Shown: positions 49,467 to 59,747, numbered from the stretch's first letter. The stretch: 64,000 bases of DNA from an uncultured Candidatus Saccharibacteria bacterium (GCA_964415895.1 CAYQCC010000001.1:119073-183072), one strand, 5' to 3'. Numbers and translations: made by a program. Notes: generated by a model from the sequence alone, not told the origin.

Positions 49467-49967
49467 ATGAGAAACAAGAAAAGAACTTACGAACTACTCT
49501 GCTGTATATTTATATACAAACTAATGAAAGATGGGATAACAATCTATGATATTTCCATAATCGAAGACAAGGTGTTCAAAGCACTTGATAAGTCAATTGA
49601 CTTGAAAGGATTTAAAGACGACCTATTGTCCGCCGTTACGCAAGCCATTGCGGTTGCGGCTGATTTTTCTGATTCAAGCCATCAGGATAAAATTGATGCG
49701 ATTAACCTTCTGGTTTGTGAAAATAATAAGGAATTGAGTCTTTCACAAAAAGAATTAAGTGCTTTGGCTTTCTTTTCTATCTGTATGTTTGCAAAAATAA
49801 TACCAGTATCTGAATATTCTAAAATATCATCAGATATAACAGTATTTCAAAATACAGATGTCTTCATCCTTCACGAAGAAATTGTTTCATTAATTAAAAA
49901 GCATGGACACGTAACATTGTTAGAAAAAAACGACGATGATATTAACTTTTCATTTTCGGTAAACTAA
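49467..49967 (+). CDS. Hypothetical protein (ORFan)
   Basis: 166 aa; TTGACT-17-TATCAT at 49394. Confidence 0.6.
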   Translation: MRNKKRTYELLCCIFIYKLMKDGITIYDISIIEDKVFKALDKSIDLKGFKDDLLSAVTQAIAVAADFSDSSHQDKIDAINLLVCENNKELSLSQKELSALAFFSICMFAKIIPVSEYSKISSDITVFQNTDVFILHEEIVSLIKKHGHVTLLEKNDDDINFSFSVN

Positions 49968-50042
49968 ATTAAAAACAAATCCCAACGCACATTGCTTTGG
50001 GATTTGAAACGTTTAGAATAGTTTTATTTATCCCTTGGATGG

Positions 50043-51257
50043 TTAAAATAATTTAATCACATCTTTCACACTAATAAATAGCATGAGGGCAATCAAGAGG
50101 AAGAACCCAATTGTATTTATCCATCCAACAATATTCGCATTTATTTTCCGTCGAGTAATTGCCTCGATAATCACAATGACCACTCGTCCACCATCAAGTG
50201 CTGGAAACGGAATCACGTTCAGCACTGCAAGGTTAATGGAAATCATCGCTGCAAGCATAATGACATACACTGCGCCGACTTTCTGTGCGTCACCTACCAC
50301 TGACACCAATCCTACTGGACCTGTCAGATTTTTTGTATCTGCTTTTCCAAGAACTGCGTCGTGAATCAATGTCCAAAATGCTTGAGCTGTTTGTTTGGTA
50401 ATACTAACGGTGTTAATAAATCCACTTTTAATAGATTTAAAGAACCCTTCGCGATACATACCAACTTGATCAACTGAAACACCAATAGCTGGATAATCAC
50501 CTATTAAACCTTTTTGCGGAATAATTAAAAGATCCGCTGTAGATTTATCAGTTTTTTGAATTATCAGGTGAACAGGAATATTAGGCGATGTTTCTCGAAC
50601 CGCTTGAATGAAATTTTCTTGCGATAAATCTGATCCTGCAATTACTGTGTCCAATGATTCCAATTTTAAAATCTTATCACCTGCAGCAAGTCCAGACTTT
50701 TCAGCTGGAGAACCCGGCATGACCTGTAGAACAGTTAACTGAGGATTTTGGACTTGTTCTGGATGATCAACACCAGATACGGCCGTTGGCGCACCAATCA
50801 TAAATGCAAATGAAAATAGCGCCCATGCAAGCAAGATATTCATCGTAACACCTGCGATCAATACTAATATTTGTTTCCACCAAGATTTCGCACCCATACT
50901 GCGCTTGTAATCTGGATCTTTCTTTCCATCTTCAAGCGAATCTTCGCCGTAAATCTTTACGAATCCACCAAATGGAATCCAGTTCAGTGTGTAATCGGTT
51001 CCATTTCTTGAAAACAGTTTTTTAGCACGTGGTGGAAAACCCATTCCGAATTCATCAACACGAATTCCAAATAGTTTTGCAACTGCAAAGTGACCTAACT
51101 CGTGAACAAAGACGAGAATTCCAAGTACGAAAATGAAGATAACAACTGACAATGTTCCGTGTGGATGTGTAATTGCAAAATAGCCGATGATCGCAAGTGC
51201 GATAACGGCTTTTAAAATTGCAGAATAATTGTTTTTCAAAGTTTGGATGATGTTCAT
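50043..51257 (-). CDS. rseP: Site-2 intramembrane metalloprotease RseP
   Basis: HELGH, PFGGFV, PDZ, NVIPFPALDGG. Confidence 0.95.
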   Translation of the reverse strand: MNIIQTLKNNYSAILKAVIALAIIGYFAITHPHGTLSVVIFIFVLGILVFVHELGHFAVAKLFGIRVDEFGMGFPPRAKKLFSRNGTDYTLNWIPFGGFVKIYGEDSLEDGKKDPDYKRSMGAKSWWKQILVLIAGVTMNILLAWALFSFAFMIGAPTAVSGVDHPEQVQNPQLTVLQVMPGSPAEKSGLAAGDKILKLESLDTVIAGSDLSQENFIQAVRETSPNIPVHLIIQKTDKSTADLLIIPQKGLIGDYPAIGVSVDQVGMYREGFFKSIKSGFINTVSITKQTAQAFWTLIHDAVLGKADTKNLTGPVGLVSVVGDAQKVGAVYVIMLAAMISINLAVLNVIPFPALDGGRVVIVIIEAITRRKINANIVGWINTIGFFLLIALMLFISVKDVIKLF

Positions 51258-51269
51258 AGGTTTTTGTAT

Positions 51270-51417
51270 TGTCATGCCGGACCTGATCCGGCATCCAGGG
51301 TGTAAAGATGTAAACCAAAATAAAATAGTATTTCGTCTTGTGTCAAAATAAAGAATTTAAAATTTGTTTCAAATTTGGAGGTAATACTCTGGATCCCGGA
51401 TCAAGTCCGGGATGACA
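51270..51417. repeat. REPIN/RPE-like composite palindrome
   Basis: TGTCATGCCGGACCTGATCCGGCATCCAG ... CTGGATCCCGGATCAAGTCCGGGATGACA, GC-rich arms around an AT-rich spacer. Confidence 0.85.
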
Positions 51418-51423
51418 GCTGAA

Positions 51424-51978
51424 TTATACTGTCATGATATCTTCTTCCTTTTTTTGGAAAAGACTTTCTAATCGTCCATTAATATCATCTACCATTTTCT
51501 GCATGTCATCCTTTGCGCGGAATTTATCATCCTCGCTGAAATTACCCTCCTTTTCTGTCGCATCAATTTCTTTATCTACACGCTGTCGTTCCATTCGAAC
51601 TGATACGCGAGCTTCTTCTAGTTTTTCTTTTACAAGCTTAACAACACTTTTTTTACTTTCTTCTGTTAGTTGTGGAATACTTGCACGAAGTCCATTTCCA
51701 TCTGCAACCACTGATAATGGTAATCCTGATTCGCGAATCGCTCTTTCAATATCTTTTACAATTCCCTTGTCCCAAGGAGAAATACGAAGTACGCGTGCTT
51801 CTTCTACTGTGATTGATGCAATGTTTTTAATAGGTGAAAATGATCCGTAGGATTCAACCATTACTGAATCAACAAGAGCCGGGTTTGCTCGACCAGTTGA
51901 TATTTGTGTGTATTGAGATTTCAACCATTCCTCAATTTTAGAGAATTCTTCCTTTGTTTGTGTAAAATTATATGCCAT
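51424..51978 (-). CDS. frr: Ribosome recycling factor
   Basis: TGRANP, PWDK, PQLTEE, ARVSVR, KKEEDI. Confidence 0.95.
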   Translation of the reverse strand: MAYNFTQTKEEFSKIEEWLKSQYTQISTGRANPALVDSVMVESYGSFSPIKNIASITVEEARVLRISPWDKGIVKDIERAIRESGLPLSVVADGNGLRASIPQLTEESKKSVVKLVKEKLEEARVSVRMERQRVDKEIDATEKEGNFSEDDKFRAKDDMQKMVDDINGRLESLFQKKEEDIMTV

Positions 51979-51984
51979 ATAACG

Positions 51985-52440
51985 CTATTTTATCATGTTC
52001 TCGTTCAAATACAAAATCGCAGCTTCTTTATCTTTCACTTCAACAATACGCAATTTGAATCCATTGAACTCCATGATCGTCTTTTGCATCTTTGCCGGAA
52101 CATCGTCCCAAGAATCCAGCTTCACCGTGTCATCATGTGCAAGAACTTTGTAATCACCATCTTCGCGAACCATAATTGCAAAAGGAGTCACTTCGACAGA
52201 GTCCTGTGTTTTCAATTCGTTTTTAGAAAAGACCATCACATCAATTTCATCTGGTACTCCATCATTTCCAAGAGTTCCTTCAATAAATCCGTACGCGACA
52301 GGCATTCGTCCACCATTGGCAGTAATTTTCTCAGATATCGGTCCGAAGTCGACAAATTGACCCTTGATATGGTCTTCGTATCCTTTGTGAATCCTGCGAT
52401 CATGATTCTTTGGTATTTCGATAGTTGCTATGTATTTCAT
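51985..52440 (-). CDS. ppa: Inorganic pyrophosphatase (family I)
   Basis: IEIPK, P.AYGFIEGT, D..D.ID, EDGDYK. Confidence 0.82.
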   Translation of the reverse strand: MKYIATIEIPKNHDRRIHKGYEDHIKGQFVDFGPISEKITANGGRMPVAYGFIEGTLGNDGVPDEIDVMVFSKNELKTQDSVEVTPFAIMVREDGDYKVLAHDDTVKLDSWDDVPAKMQKTIMEFNGFKLRIVEVKDKEAAILYLNENMIK

Positions 52441-52508
52441 ATCTTAAAGTTAGCATATTATTGTACAAACGAAAAAGGCCGAAGCCTTTTATTTTTCAAA
52501 CACTTAAA

Positions 52509-53027
52509 TTAGCTAACTAATACATACTCATGTAGCTTACTTCTGGAAATCTTGTAGTCAACAACTTCTAAATCATTGTTTTCATGAATAAGAGGCGTGT
52601 GGACTCCTAAAAACCAAATTGGATTTGCAACTTTAAAGCCGTGGACTAATAACGGCGGAACTCTTACGATCAAGTCTGGCTTGATCTTATACTTCTCTAA
52701 AACAGAAGTATTGTTTTCATTCCAAGGTCCAAGCAAAAGCGTGCCTTTTGGATTTTTAAAACCTAAAGATTTTCCAAGGAACAGAAAACCTGCCTCAGCA
52801 AACCTATGTAAATGCGGTGTTCCAAACTCTCTTACTTCAACGATTTCAATACGAACCTCATCTTCGTTGACGTTAAAAAGTTTTTTTGCCCAATGAGGCT
52901 GAAGTCGATACACTGTAAAACCTTCGGTTTTAGTATCAAGTAAAAAGCATGATTTAATGTTATTAATTTTTTCTCGTGTTTTGGTTAAGATTTCTAAAAT
53001 CTGTTCCCATGAAATAGCTCTTTCCAT
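52509..53027 (-). CDS. Cupin-fold protein
   Basis: PHLH...E ... VPP..VHGF. Confidence 0.65.
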   Translation of the reverse strand: MERAISWEQILEILTKTREKINNIKSCFLLDTKTEGFTVYRLQPHWAKKLFNVNEDEVRIEIVEVREFGTPHLHRFAEAGFLFLGKSLGFKNPKGTLLLGPWNENNTSVLEKYKIKPDLIVRVPPLLVHGFKVANPIWFLGVHTPLIHENNDLEVVDYKISRSKLHEYVLVS

Positions 53028-53088
53028 TTTTATTCATTGTTTGTTTTCAACGAGCAATATAACATCATATTATAACATAGTCAATTTA

Positions 53089-53763
53089 CTATTTTTTTCC
53101 AAACTCAGGCAATACCATCGCCACATATTCAATAACATTTTTCATCGGAAAACTGGTCTGTGACGCCCAACCACGCGCATCGCGAATCGCTTCAAAGTAT
53201 TCTGAAAACTGCGCGTTTGGCTTTTTATGGAAAACGGCATACAGCGCAGATTCCAGCTGATCCAAAAACTGATGAACTTCATATGCCTGAAGTGACTCAT
53301 CCTTATCTCTTCCCTTTACAAGTGACTCAATCGCATCCAACCGTTTTGACGAACTATCAAACAAAAATGTCTTTATCGGAAATAATTGCGCATTACTTGC
53401 GGAATCGTCAGATCGCAATGTGACAACTCGTGAGAAAATCGTTTCCAAAATAAATGTCTGTGGTGGAACAATTAAAAAGATGTGCGTATTTGGTGCTGGC
53501 TCTTCCAACATTTTCAAAAATGCTTGCTGCGCCTCTGTTGTGAATCGCTCGGCAGTGATAACAAAGAATTTACCACCTGTTCGTTCTGATAACGCTTCGC
53601 GTAGTTCGCGCACCTCGTCAATTCCTAATTTCTCGTATCCATAATCGATCCAGCTCATTCCTGAAACTGACTCGTCAAAAAAACTGCGCAGTTTCTGCTG
53701 CCATTCTGAGATCGTTCCCAAGCATACATATGCATGATGAAGATGTTCTGGATTTAAATTCAT
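53089..53763 (-). CDS. holB: DNA polymerase III delta-prime-like subunit
   Basis: HHAY, IDEVR, T.EAQQAFLK.LEEP, TIFSR. Confidence 0.85.
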   Translation of the reverse strand: MNLNPEHLHHAYVCLGTISEWQQKLRSFFDESVSGMSWIDYGYEKLGIDEVRELREALSERTGGKFFVITAERFTTEAQQAFLKMLEEPAPNTHIFLIVPPQTFILETIFSRVVTLRSDDSASNAQLFPIKTFLFDSSSKRLDAIESLVKGRDKDESLQAYEVHQFLDQLESALYAVFHKKPNAQFSEYFEAIRDARGWASQTSFPMKNVIEYVAMVLPEFGKK

Positions 53764-53827
53764 GTTTGGATTATACCCTATTTCACAGATTTATAAAAAG
53801 TACAAAAAAAGAGCCGAGGCTCGATTT

Positions 53828-54844
53828 TTAAAACGGTTTTGAAATCAATGCTCGATTATATTCATCAAGGTGATTCAATGCGATTCCAATTCCTCGTACC
53901 ACTGCAAACAATGGTTCTTCTGCTAGTACTGATTTTACACCAGTTCGTCGATATACCAGTTCTGGCAAGTTTCGAAGTTGTGATGAACCACCTGTCATTA
54001 CAATTCCTGTATCGATGATATCTGAGGCAAGTTCTGGAAGCGTATCTTGCAATACAACTTTGATCGCATCAATAATCTGTCGCAACTCGTCATCAATCGC
54101 ATCTACGATTTCATTTGTGTTCAAGTTTACGGAACGTGGAAGTCCGGAAATGTAATCTCGTCCTTTCACCAAAATTTCAAGCGGATCGTCCATTGGCACA
54201 GCTGATCCAATTTTAATCTTAATTTTTTCTGCAGTTCGATCACCAATAGCAAGATTATGTTTTTTCTTTAAATACACAGTAATCGCGTGATCAATTTTAT
54301 TTCCTGCGCATTTTACAGATGTACATGCCTGGATCGAACCAAGAGAAATTACGGCAACATCAGTTGTTCCACCACCAATATCTACCACCATGTGACCCAT
54401 TGGTTCGTTAATAGGAATTCCTGCACCAATAGCAGCTACAATCGGTTCACGCACAACGTGAGCTTTTTTTGCACCAGCTTTGATAGCTGCTTCAACAACA
54501 GCACGTCGTTCAGTTGAAGTCACACCTGCCGGAACTGAAATCATCACTTCGGGTTTTATGAATGACCAAAAACCAAGTGATTTTTTTATAAAGTGCGAAA
54601 GCATTGCAGTCGTCATGCGGTAATCAGCAATAACACCATCACGCATTGGCTTGTAAGCAATTAATCCATCGATTGTCTTACCAAGCATTTCGCGTGCATC
54701 CATTCCGATTGCGAGAATTTCCTTTGTGTACTCTGAAATTGCCACTACAGATGGTTCGTTTAAAACGATTCCTTTTCCAGGAATATATACCAGCGTATTT
54801 GCTGTTCCCAGATCAATTCCAAGTTTTGGAAAAAATATACTCAT
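53828..54844 (-). CDS. mreB: Rod shape-determining protein MreB
   Basis: GIDLGTANT, EPSVVA, VDIGGGTTD, TGG. Confidence 0.95.
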   Translation of the reverse strand: MSIFFPKLGIDLGTANTLVYIPGKGIVLNEPSVVAISEYTKEILAIGMDAREMLGKTIDGLIAYKPMRDGVIADYRMTTAMLSHFIKKSLGFWSFIKPEVMISVPAGVTSTERRAVVEAAIKAGAKKAHVVREPIVAAIGAGIPINEPMGHMVVDIGGGTTDVAVISLGSIQACTSVKCAGNKIDHAITVYLKKKHNLAIGDRTAEKIKIKIGSAVPMDDPLEILVKGRDYISGLPRSVNLNTNEIVDAIDDELRQIIDAIKVVLQDTLPELASDIIDTGIVMTGGSSQLRNLPELVYRRTGVKSVLAEEPLFAVVRGIGIALNHLDEYNRALISKPF

Positions 54845-54969
54845 AGATAACAGGAATCTAGCATAGAAAGTAGTTTTTGGCGATTGGTTGACATAAATTA
54901 AAAATGAAGCCTTTATAACAAACAAAGTCTCCAATTTCTTGGAGACTTCATTATAAAGTTGTGCGAAAC

Positions 54970-56388
54970 CTATTCAATTATTTCAATTTGACCACCCAAA
55001 CTTTTATTTACCTTGTCTATAAAATTTGGTGATCGGCGCAGAATTGGAGCGATATCATCAATGATGGTTATACCTGTTCTATATAATGCAAAAGAGATAA
55101 TTGCTCTTATACTTTCTATAACAACAGGAACTTCTTTTTCGCCAAGAACAACATCGTTTTCTAAGCCACCAATTAGTAATGGACTAATGCACGCTTTCTG
55201 TTCCCCAAAACCTGTATTGTATGTTTCAACATTTGCTCCAAGAGCACTTAACTGGTGAACGAATTTCAATCCGTCTTCATACATCCAGTTATTAACTACC
55301 ATTGCTGTGCCAGCCTTAACATTAGTACATGCCCATGCGCACGTGCTTGGAAAACCATCTACTGGATTTCCTGGCCATGGCTGTGGACTTGTTTTGTAAA
55401 CAGTTTTTTCTTCTGTTTTTTCCGCACATGGATAACCTGGATAAGGATTAAACTTACTTAAGCTTCCATCAATGTAAACTCCGTTTTCTTTTTTCTCGCA
55501 ATGGATTCCAAGGTTTTCCAAGAACCTAACCATGTGAAGTATTGCTGGTGTAAGATAGCATTCCAATAATGCACTTCCTTTTGACATAGCGATCATAATG
55601 GCATTTCCGTAGAAATCCACATAATCTGGTTCAAAAATGAAATCGCACTCGAATCCTTTCATCTTTCCAAAACAACCTTGAACCACCAAGTTTCCGCTTC
55701 CTTTAATGTTCATACCCATCTTATTAAGAACTTTCACAAGGAATTTTACATGTGGTTCCTGTGCAACGCCATCCAAATGACTATCGAAATTAGTTGCACT
55801 GCGCAACAACATCAAAAGATTTTCTGTTGCAGTGACTGAAGCCATTGTAAATTGCTCGTGCTTTTCAACTGGCTCTAATACTCCAGCTTGGAAAGTCATA
55901 TCGCTTTCCAATAATTTCTTATCAACGGAACAATACACATGACTACTGACTGCATCATAATCAACAGTAACTCCAAAAGGTGTTAAATATTGGATCTGAT
56001 CTTCTGGGCCGCGATAGCCCAATTTACAACCAATCGCAACTGGCACACTTGCGGCTCCAAATTTTGACAATAATGGACCAAGAAATAATATTGCAGATTG
56101 AATATCATTCACGCAATCCGAAACTGGCTTGTTCTGCAAATTTTTGCAGCATACATGCAAGGTATTTCCTTCCCATTTGTGAATACCACCAAGCTCGTCA
56201 ATTGCTTGGAGTATTTTTAATACATCAGGACTTTTTGGTGTATTTTTCATTACACACCAATCCTCTGTAAGCATTGTGGTACATAATACTGGTAACACAG
56301 CATTTTTGTTAACTTCTACTATCAGGGTACCTGTTAGCGGCTTCCCTCCAGTAATTTTTACTTTTGTTTTCTTTTTTTTCTCTTCCAT
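54970..56388 (-). CDS. murA: Divergent MurA-family enolpyruvyl transferase
   Basis: KNAVLP, GCKLGYR, SVTATEN, EPH, PWPG.P.D, IRA. Confidence 0.78.
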   Translation of the reverse strand: MEEKKKKTKVKITGGKPLTGTLIVEVNKNAVLPVLCTTMLTEDWCVMKNTPKSPDVLKILQAIDELGGIHKWEGNTLHVCCKNLQNKPVSDCVNDIQSAILFLGPLLSKFGAASVPVAIGCKLGYRGPEDQIQYLTPFGVTVDYDAVSSHVYCSVDKKLLESDMTFQAGVLEPVEKHEQFTMASVTATENLLMLLRSATNFDSHLDGVAQEPHVKFLVKVLNKMGMNIKGSGNLVVQGCFGKMKGFECDFIFEPDYVDFYGNAIMIAMSKGSALLECYLTPAILHMVRFLENLGIHCEKKENGVYIDGSLSKFNPYPGYPCAEKTEEKTVYKTSPQPWPGNPVDGFPSTCAWACTNVKAGTAMVVNNWMYEDGLKFVHQLSALGANVETYNTGFGEQKACISPLLIGGLENDVVLGEKEVPVVIESIRAIISFALYRTGITIIDDIAPILRRSPNFIDKVNKSLGGQIEIIE

Positions 56389-56474
56389 GACAACTTAATT
56401 TATATTTGATTTTATTTGTTTACATTTATTTTCATCACAATAACACAAAAAATAACCATGTGCAAATGGCTATT

Positions 56475-56966
56475 TTAGAGATGCAATTCTTTGTATAAAC
56501 CTTCAATATTTCTCATTCCTTCCAAGTATTCCTGAATTCTCATCTTTGTTCTACTTGTTGTTCCGTCTGGTAATTGGTCAAAATGAAACCAACCTGAATT
56601 CCCTATTTCAATATCGTTTTGCGTTGATAATTCTTGTTCAACTCTTTTAATATAGAAATAAATCGTATCGTGCTTTCCTTCATCACTCGAAATATATGTT
56701 CCAAGTAAATAATCAACCGAATCGATTTTTATTCCTGTCTCTTCGTATAATTCACGAATGGCACCTTGCTCTGGATTCTCTTTTCTTTTAATTCCACCAC
56801 CTGGAATATTCCAATACTTTAACGCTCTTGGTTGTACTAATAATATTTTTGTATCTGTAACAAGTAATATTCTGGCACCGTGTGTAACAGGTTTGAAAAC
56901 GCGCCAATAGACACGAATGATAATATAGGCAGTTTTATAGATGAGATTTTTGATTGCGTTTTTCAT
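56475..56966 (-). CDS. NUDIX hydrolase
   Basis: PGGGI...E....AIRELYEETG. Confidence 0.92.
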   Translation of the reverse strand: MKNAIKNLIYKTAYIIIRVYWRVFKPVTHGARILLVTDTKILLVQPRALKYWNIPGGGIKRKENPEQGAIRELYEETGIKIDSVDYLLGTYISSDEGKHDTIYFYIKRVEQELSTQNDIEIGNSGWFHFDQLPDGTTSRTKMRIQEYLEGMRNIEGLYKELHL

Positions 56967-56971
56967 GTTAG

Positions 56972-58090
56972 TTATTCAATTATAATTCTTGGAACGCGCG
57001 CCGAAATACATGTTGTAATTTCATGTGGTGTGGTATCAATTGCGTGTGAAATGTATTCCGCTGAAACACTTGAATCTCCATCAGTTCCAATCAAGATTAC
57101 ATCATCACCAACATATGCTTCGCCATCCATTCCAAGATCAATCATAATTTGATCCATGCACACTCGCCCTGCGATCGGATATTCTCGACCTCTGATGACC
57201 ACTTTTCCAGAATTGGAAAGTCGTCGCGGAAATCCATCGGCATAGCCTACTGGAATTGTTGCAATCCTTGCATACTTGCCTATTGGCTTCCATGTTTTTC
57301 CATAACCAACAAATTCGTCGCTCGTAACCACTTTAAAATAGACGACGTGGGATTTCCAAGAAAGCGCAGGAACAATTTCACTTGGCAAAATATGTTTATT
57401 AAATTCTGGTTCAACACCATACAACGCAATTCCAGGACGAACCATATCTAAATGATATTCTGGATACATAAAAATAGATCGAGAACTGCAAATATGAGAA
57501 AGTGGAATTTCAAGACCTATCGATTTGCAATAACTAATAACATCAATAAATCTTTCAAACTGCAATTTTGTAAAATCAACATCTAATGTGTCGGCGAAAT
57601 GCGTATAGACTCCTTCGCAGACCAAAATTCCGTCATCAACCATTTTCTTTACGGTATTAATAAAATCATTTGATCTATTCCAATGAATTCCGATTCGATT
57701 CATTCCTGTATCGATTTTCAGATGCACTTTCGGTTTTTTCTGCATTCGCATTGCTTCGTTCGCAATATTATTTAATTTCTCGAGCGATGATGCCGTGATG
57801 GTTAGATCATTATCAATACACGCCTGTATTTCATATTGCTCAATTCCTGCCAGCACAAGAATTGGAGTTGTAATTCCAGCTTTGCGAATCTGTTTTCCTT
57901 CCTCGACAATAGCCACTGCTAAATAATCCACACCTTCCTCACTAAACGCTTTTGCAGCTGTAATAATTCCATGACCATAGGCATCCGCCTTGATCACTGC
58001 ACAAATCTTTGTTGCACTGCAAAAACCCTGAATGATCTTCAGGTTGTTTTTCAAAGTTGGTACAGAAATTTCACAATAGGTGTTTCGCAT
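56972..58090 (-). CDS. alr: Alanine racemase
   Basis: VIKADAYGHG, KIDTGMNRIG, VRPGI, VGYADG, GRVCMDQ. Confidence 0.96.
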   Translation of the reverse strand: MRNTYCEISVPTLKNNLKIIQGFCSATKICAVIKADAYGHGIITAAKAFSEEGVDYLAVAIVEEGKQIRKAGITTPILVLAGIEQYEIQACIDNDLTITASSLEKLNNIANEAMRMQKKPKVHLKIDTGMNRIGIHWNRSNDFINTVKKMVDDGILVCEGVYTHFADTLDVDFTKLQFERFIDVISYCKSIGLEIPLSHICSSRSIFMYPEYHLDMVRPGIALYGVEPEFNKHILPSEIVPALSWKSHVVYFKVVTSDEFVGYGKTWKPIGKYARIATIPVGYADGFPRRLSNSGKVVIRGREYPIAGRVCMDQIMIDLGMDGEAYVGDDVILIGTDGDSSVSAEYISHAIDTTPHEITTCISARVPRIIIE

Positions 58091-58092
58091 AG

Positions 58093-58752
58093 TTATTTAA
58101 TGTCTTGAATTGGTCCATAGAAGCACTCGTTTCTGTTTGTATACACTGCCCACATTCGATCACCATAGCAATAATGCCACCACTCACCTGGATACCAGAC
58201 AAATCCTACAGATTCCATGGCTTCACGTAGAATTGCTCTGTTTTGTTTTTGTTCGTCCGTTATCAATTCTGAAAACATTTCAACGACTTTCTTTTCTGCA
58301 AGCGCTTGAGGCATTGAGCCCATATCAACTAACTCATTATTATATATCAAGGCAACGTCTACAGCGCCACCACAATTATGATTTGCAAGTGGTGCAGGTC
58401 GCGCAACAACAAGCGCTACCTGGTGTTCGAGTTCTTCTGTTGACCAATCTGGATGTTCTATTGAAAAATGTTCAAATTTCCTATTCCAATGTTCCTGCTG
58501 TTTTTCAATCGATCTCACACCTTCAACGATCGCAAGTTTGTACCCACCTGGAAGGATTTCGGATGCTTTATATAACATTTGAGCAACTGTTTCTCGAAGT
58601 AGATATGAATTATTGCTTTCCCATGGACCAAATTGTGAGCCATACATCAGTATTTGCGTTTCCATAACTTCGACAAGACGTTCGCTGTTTTCCTTGATTA
58701 CAATATCTTGCCATGCTGATTTTGGAAGCGCTTTTATAATTTGATTACTCAT
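58093..58752 (-). CDS. D-Ala-D-Ala dipeptidase (M15D, VanX/DdpX family)
   Basis: EGVRS..Q, NH.CGGAVD, VDMG, EWWH. Confidence 0.88.
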   Translation of the reverse strand: MSNQIIKALPKSAWQDIVIKENSERLVEVMETQILMYGSQFGPWESNNSYLLRETVAQMLYKASEILPGGYKLAIVEGVRSIEKQQEHWNRKFEHFSIEHPDWSTEELEHQVALVVARPAPLANHNCGGAVDVALIYNNELVDMGSMPQALAEKKVVEMFSELITDEQKQNRAILREAMESVGFVWYPGEWWHYCYGDRMWAVYTNRNECFYGPIQDIK

Positions 58753-59708
58753 ATATTATTTCCTTCCATATAATCATAAATAACTTTCGACAATTCTTTC
58801 ATTGGAAACTGTTTTCGTGGATTTAGTTGCTTTGAAACCGTGAATACACTAATGACATACTGCGATTTATTTCCTGTAACTACCGCAACATCGTTCAGCC
58901 AACAAATGAAAGCCCAGCCTTTCGTGAAAATGCTTTTAACGAGACTCAGAAGTCCTCTAATGGATTCAAAACCAAATCCATTCTTTCCGTAAAAATTTTT
59001 ATACAAATTATTTTCTAGATATCCACCCTTTCGATACACCAATTGCTGTGGCAATGATAATCCACCTCGCCCAGAACGATTCCATCTGAGCATGTAATTT
59101 TTAAGAGATTGTGATACGAATGGCGAAATAAGTTGATTTGTTTCAACCATATAAATAAATTCGGTTGTATGTCGTGCACATGTCTTCGTCGTTTCGCTAT
59201 GTTGATACGGCTTATCTTCTTTAACACGATCCAAAAACTTTCTTGTCACCTCACTACCATGCCAATCGTATTTATGAATAATATTTTCTGTGATTGATTC
59301 GCGTCCAACTAAATCAATCAAACAGTTTGATGCGCTATTATCGCTCCGTGTTAGCATCAAATCCAACAAATAATCAATGGTCGCCGTATCACCCGCCTGA
59401 AGCAATCCGCGCGGATCACCTGGAAATAGTTTTGTATCTTTATCAACATCGTTTGGAGATTTCACAACTACTTCTTGATCAAGTGAAAAATCACCAAGCT
59501 CAATACGACGCAAGGTTTCTGCTCCAATAAATATTTTATAAACGCTCGCTGGATAGATAAAATGATCCATATTGTATCCAAAGATTTCGTGACGTGGATC
59601 ATTTAAATCAACAATGGCAATTCCCATTTCGTATTTCAAAAAGCCATTCTTTTGCAGAAGTTCATGTAGTTCTGCGCTTCGTTTCAAATTTTCAGCAAGA
59701 TGATTCAT
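58749..59708 (-). CDS. Class A beta-lactamase-like serine hydrolase
   Basis: PASVYK (SxxK), SDN, RKGG, NDVA; no signal peptide. Confidence 0.85.
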   Translation of the reverse strand: MNHLAENLKRSAELHELLQKNGFLKYEMGIAIVDLNDPRHEIFGYNMDHFIYPASVYKIFIGAETLRRIELGDFSLDQEVVVKSPNDVDKDTKLFPGDPRGLLQAGDTATIDYLLDLMLTRSDNSASNCLIDLVGRESITENIIHKYDWHGSEVTRKFLDRVKEDKPYQHSETTKTCARHTTEFIYMVETNQLISPFVSQSLKNYMLRWNRSGRGGLSLPQQLVYRKGGYLENNLYKNFYGKNGFGFESIRGLLSLVKSIFTKGWAFICWLNDVAVVTGNKSQYVISVFTVSKQLNPRKQFPMKELSKVIYDYMEGNNI

Positions 59709-59747
59709 TCTCTCGATTTTAGCACAAAACATGCTATAGTCACCTCA

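Noticed and set aside
51055-51318. ORF with WMPDQVRHD
   Set aside because: A translation artefact of the palindromic repeat
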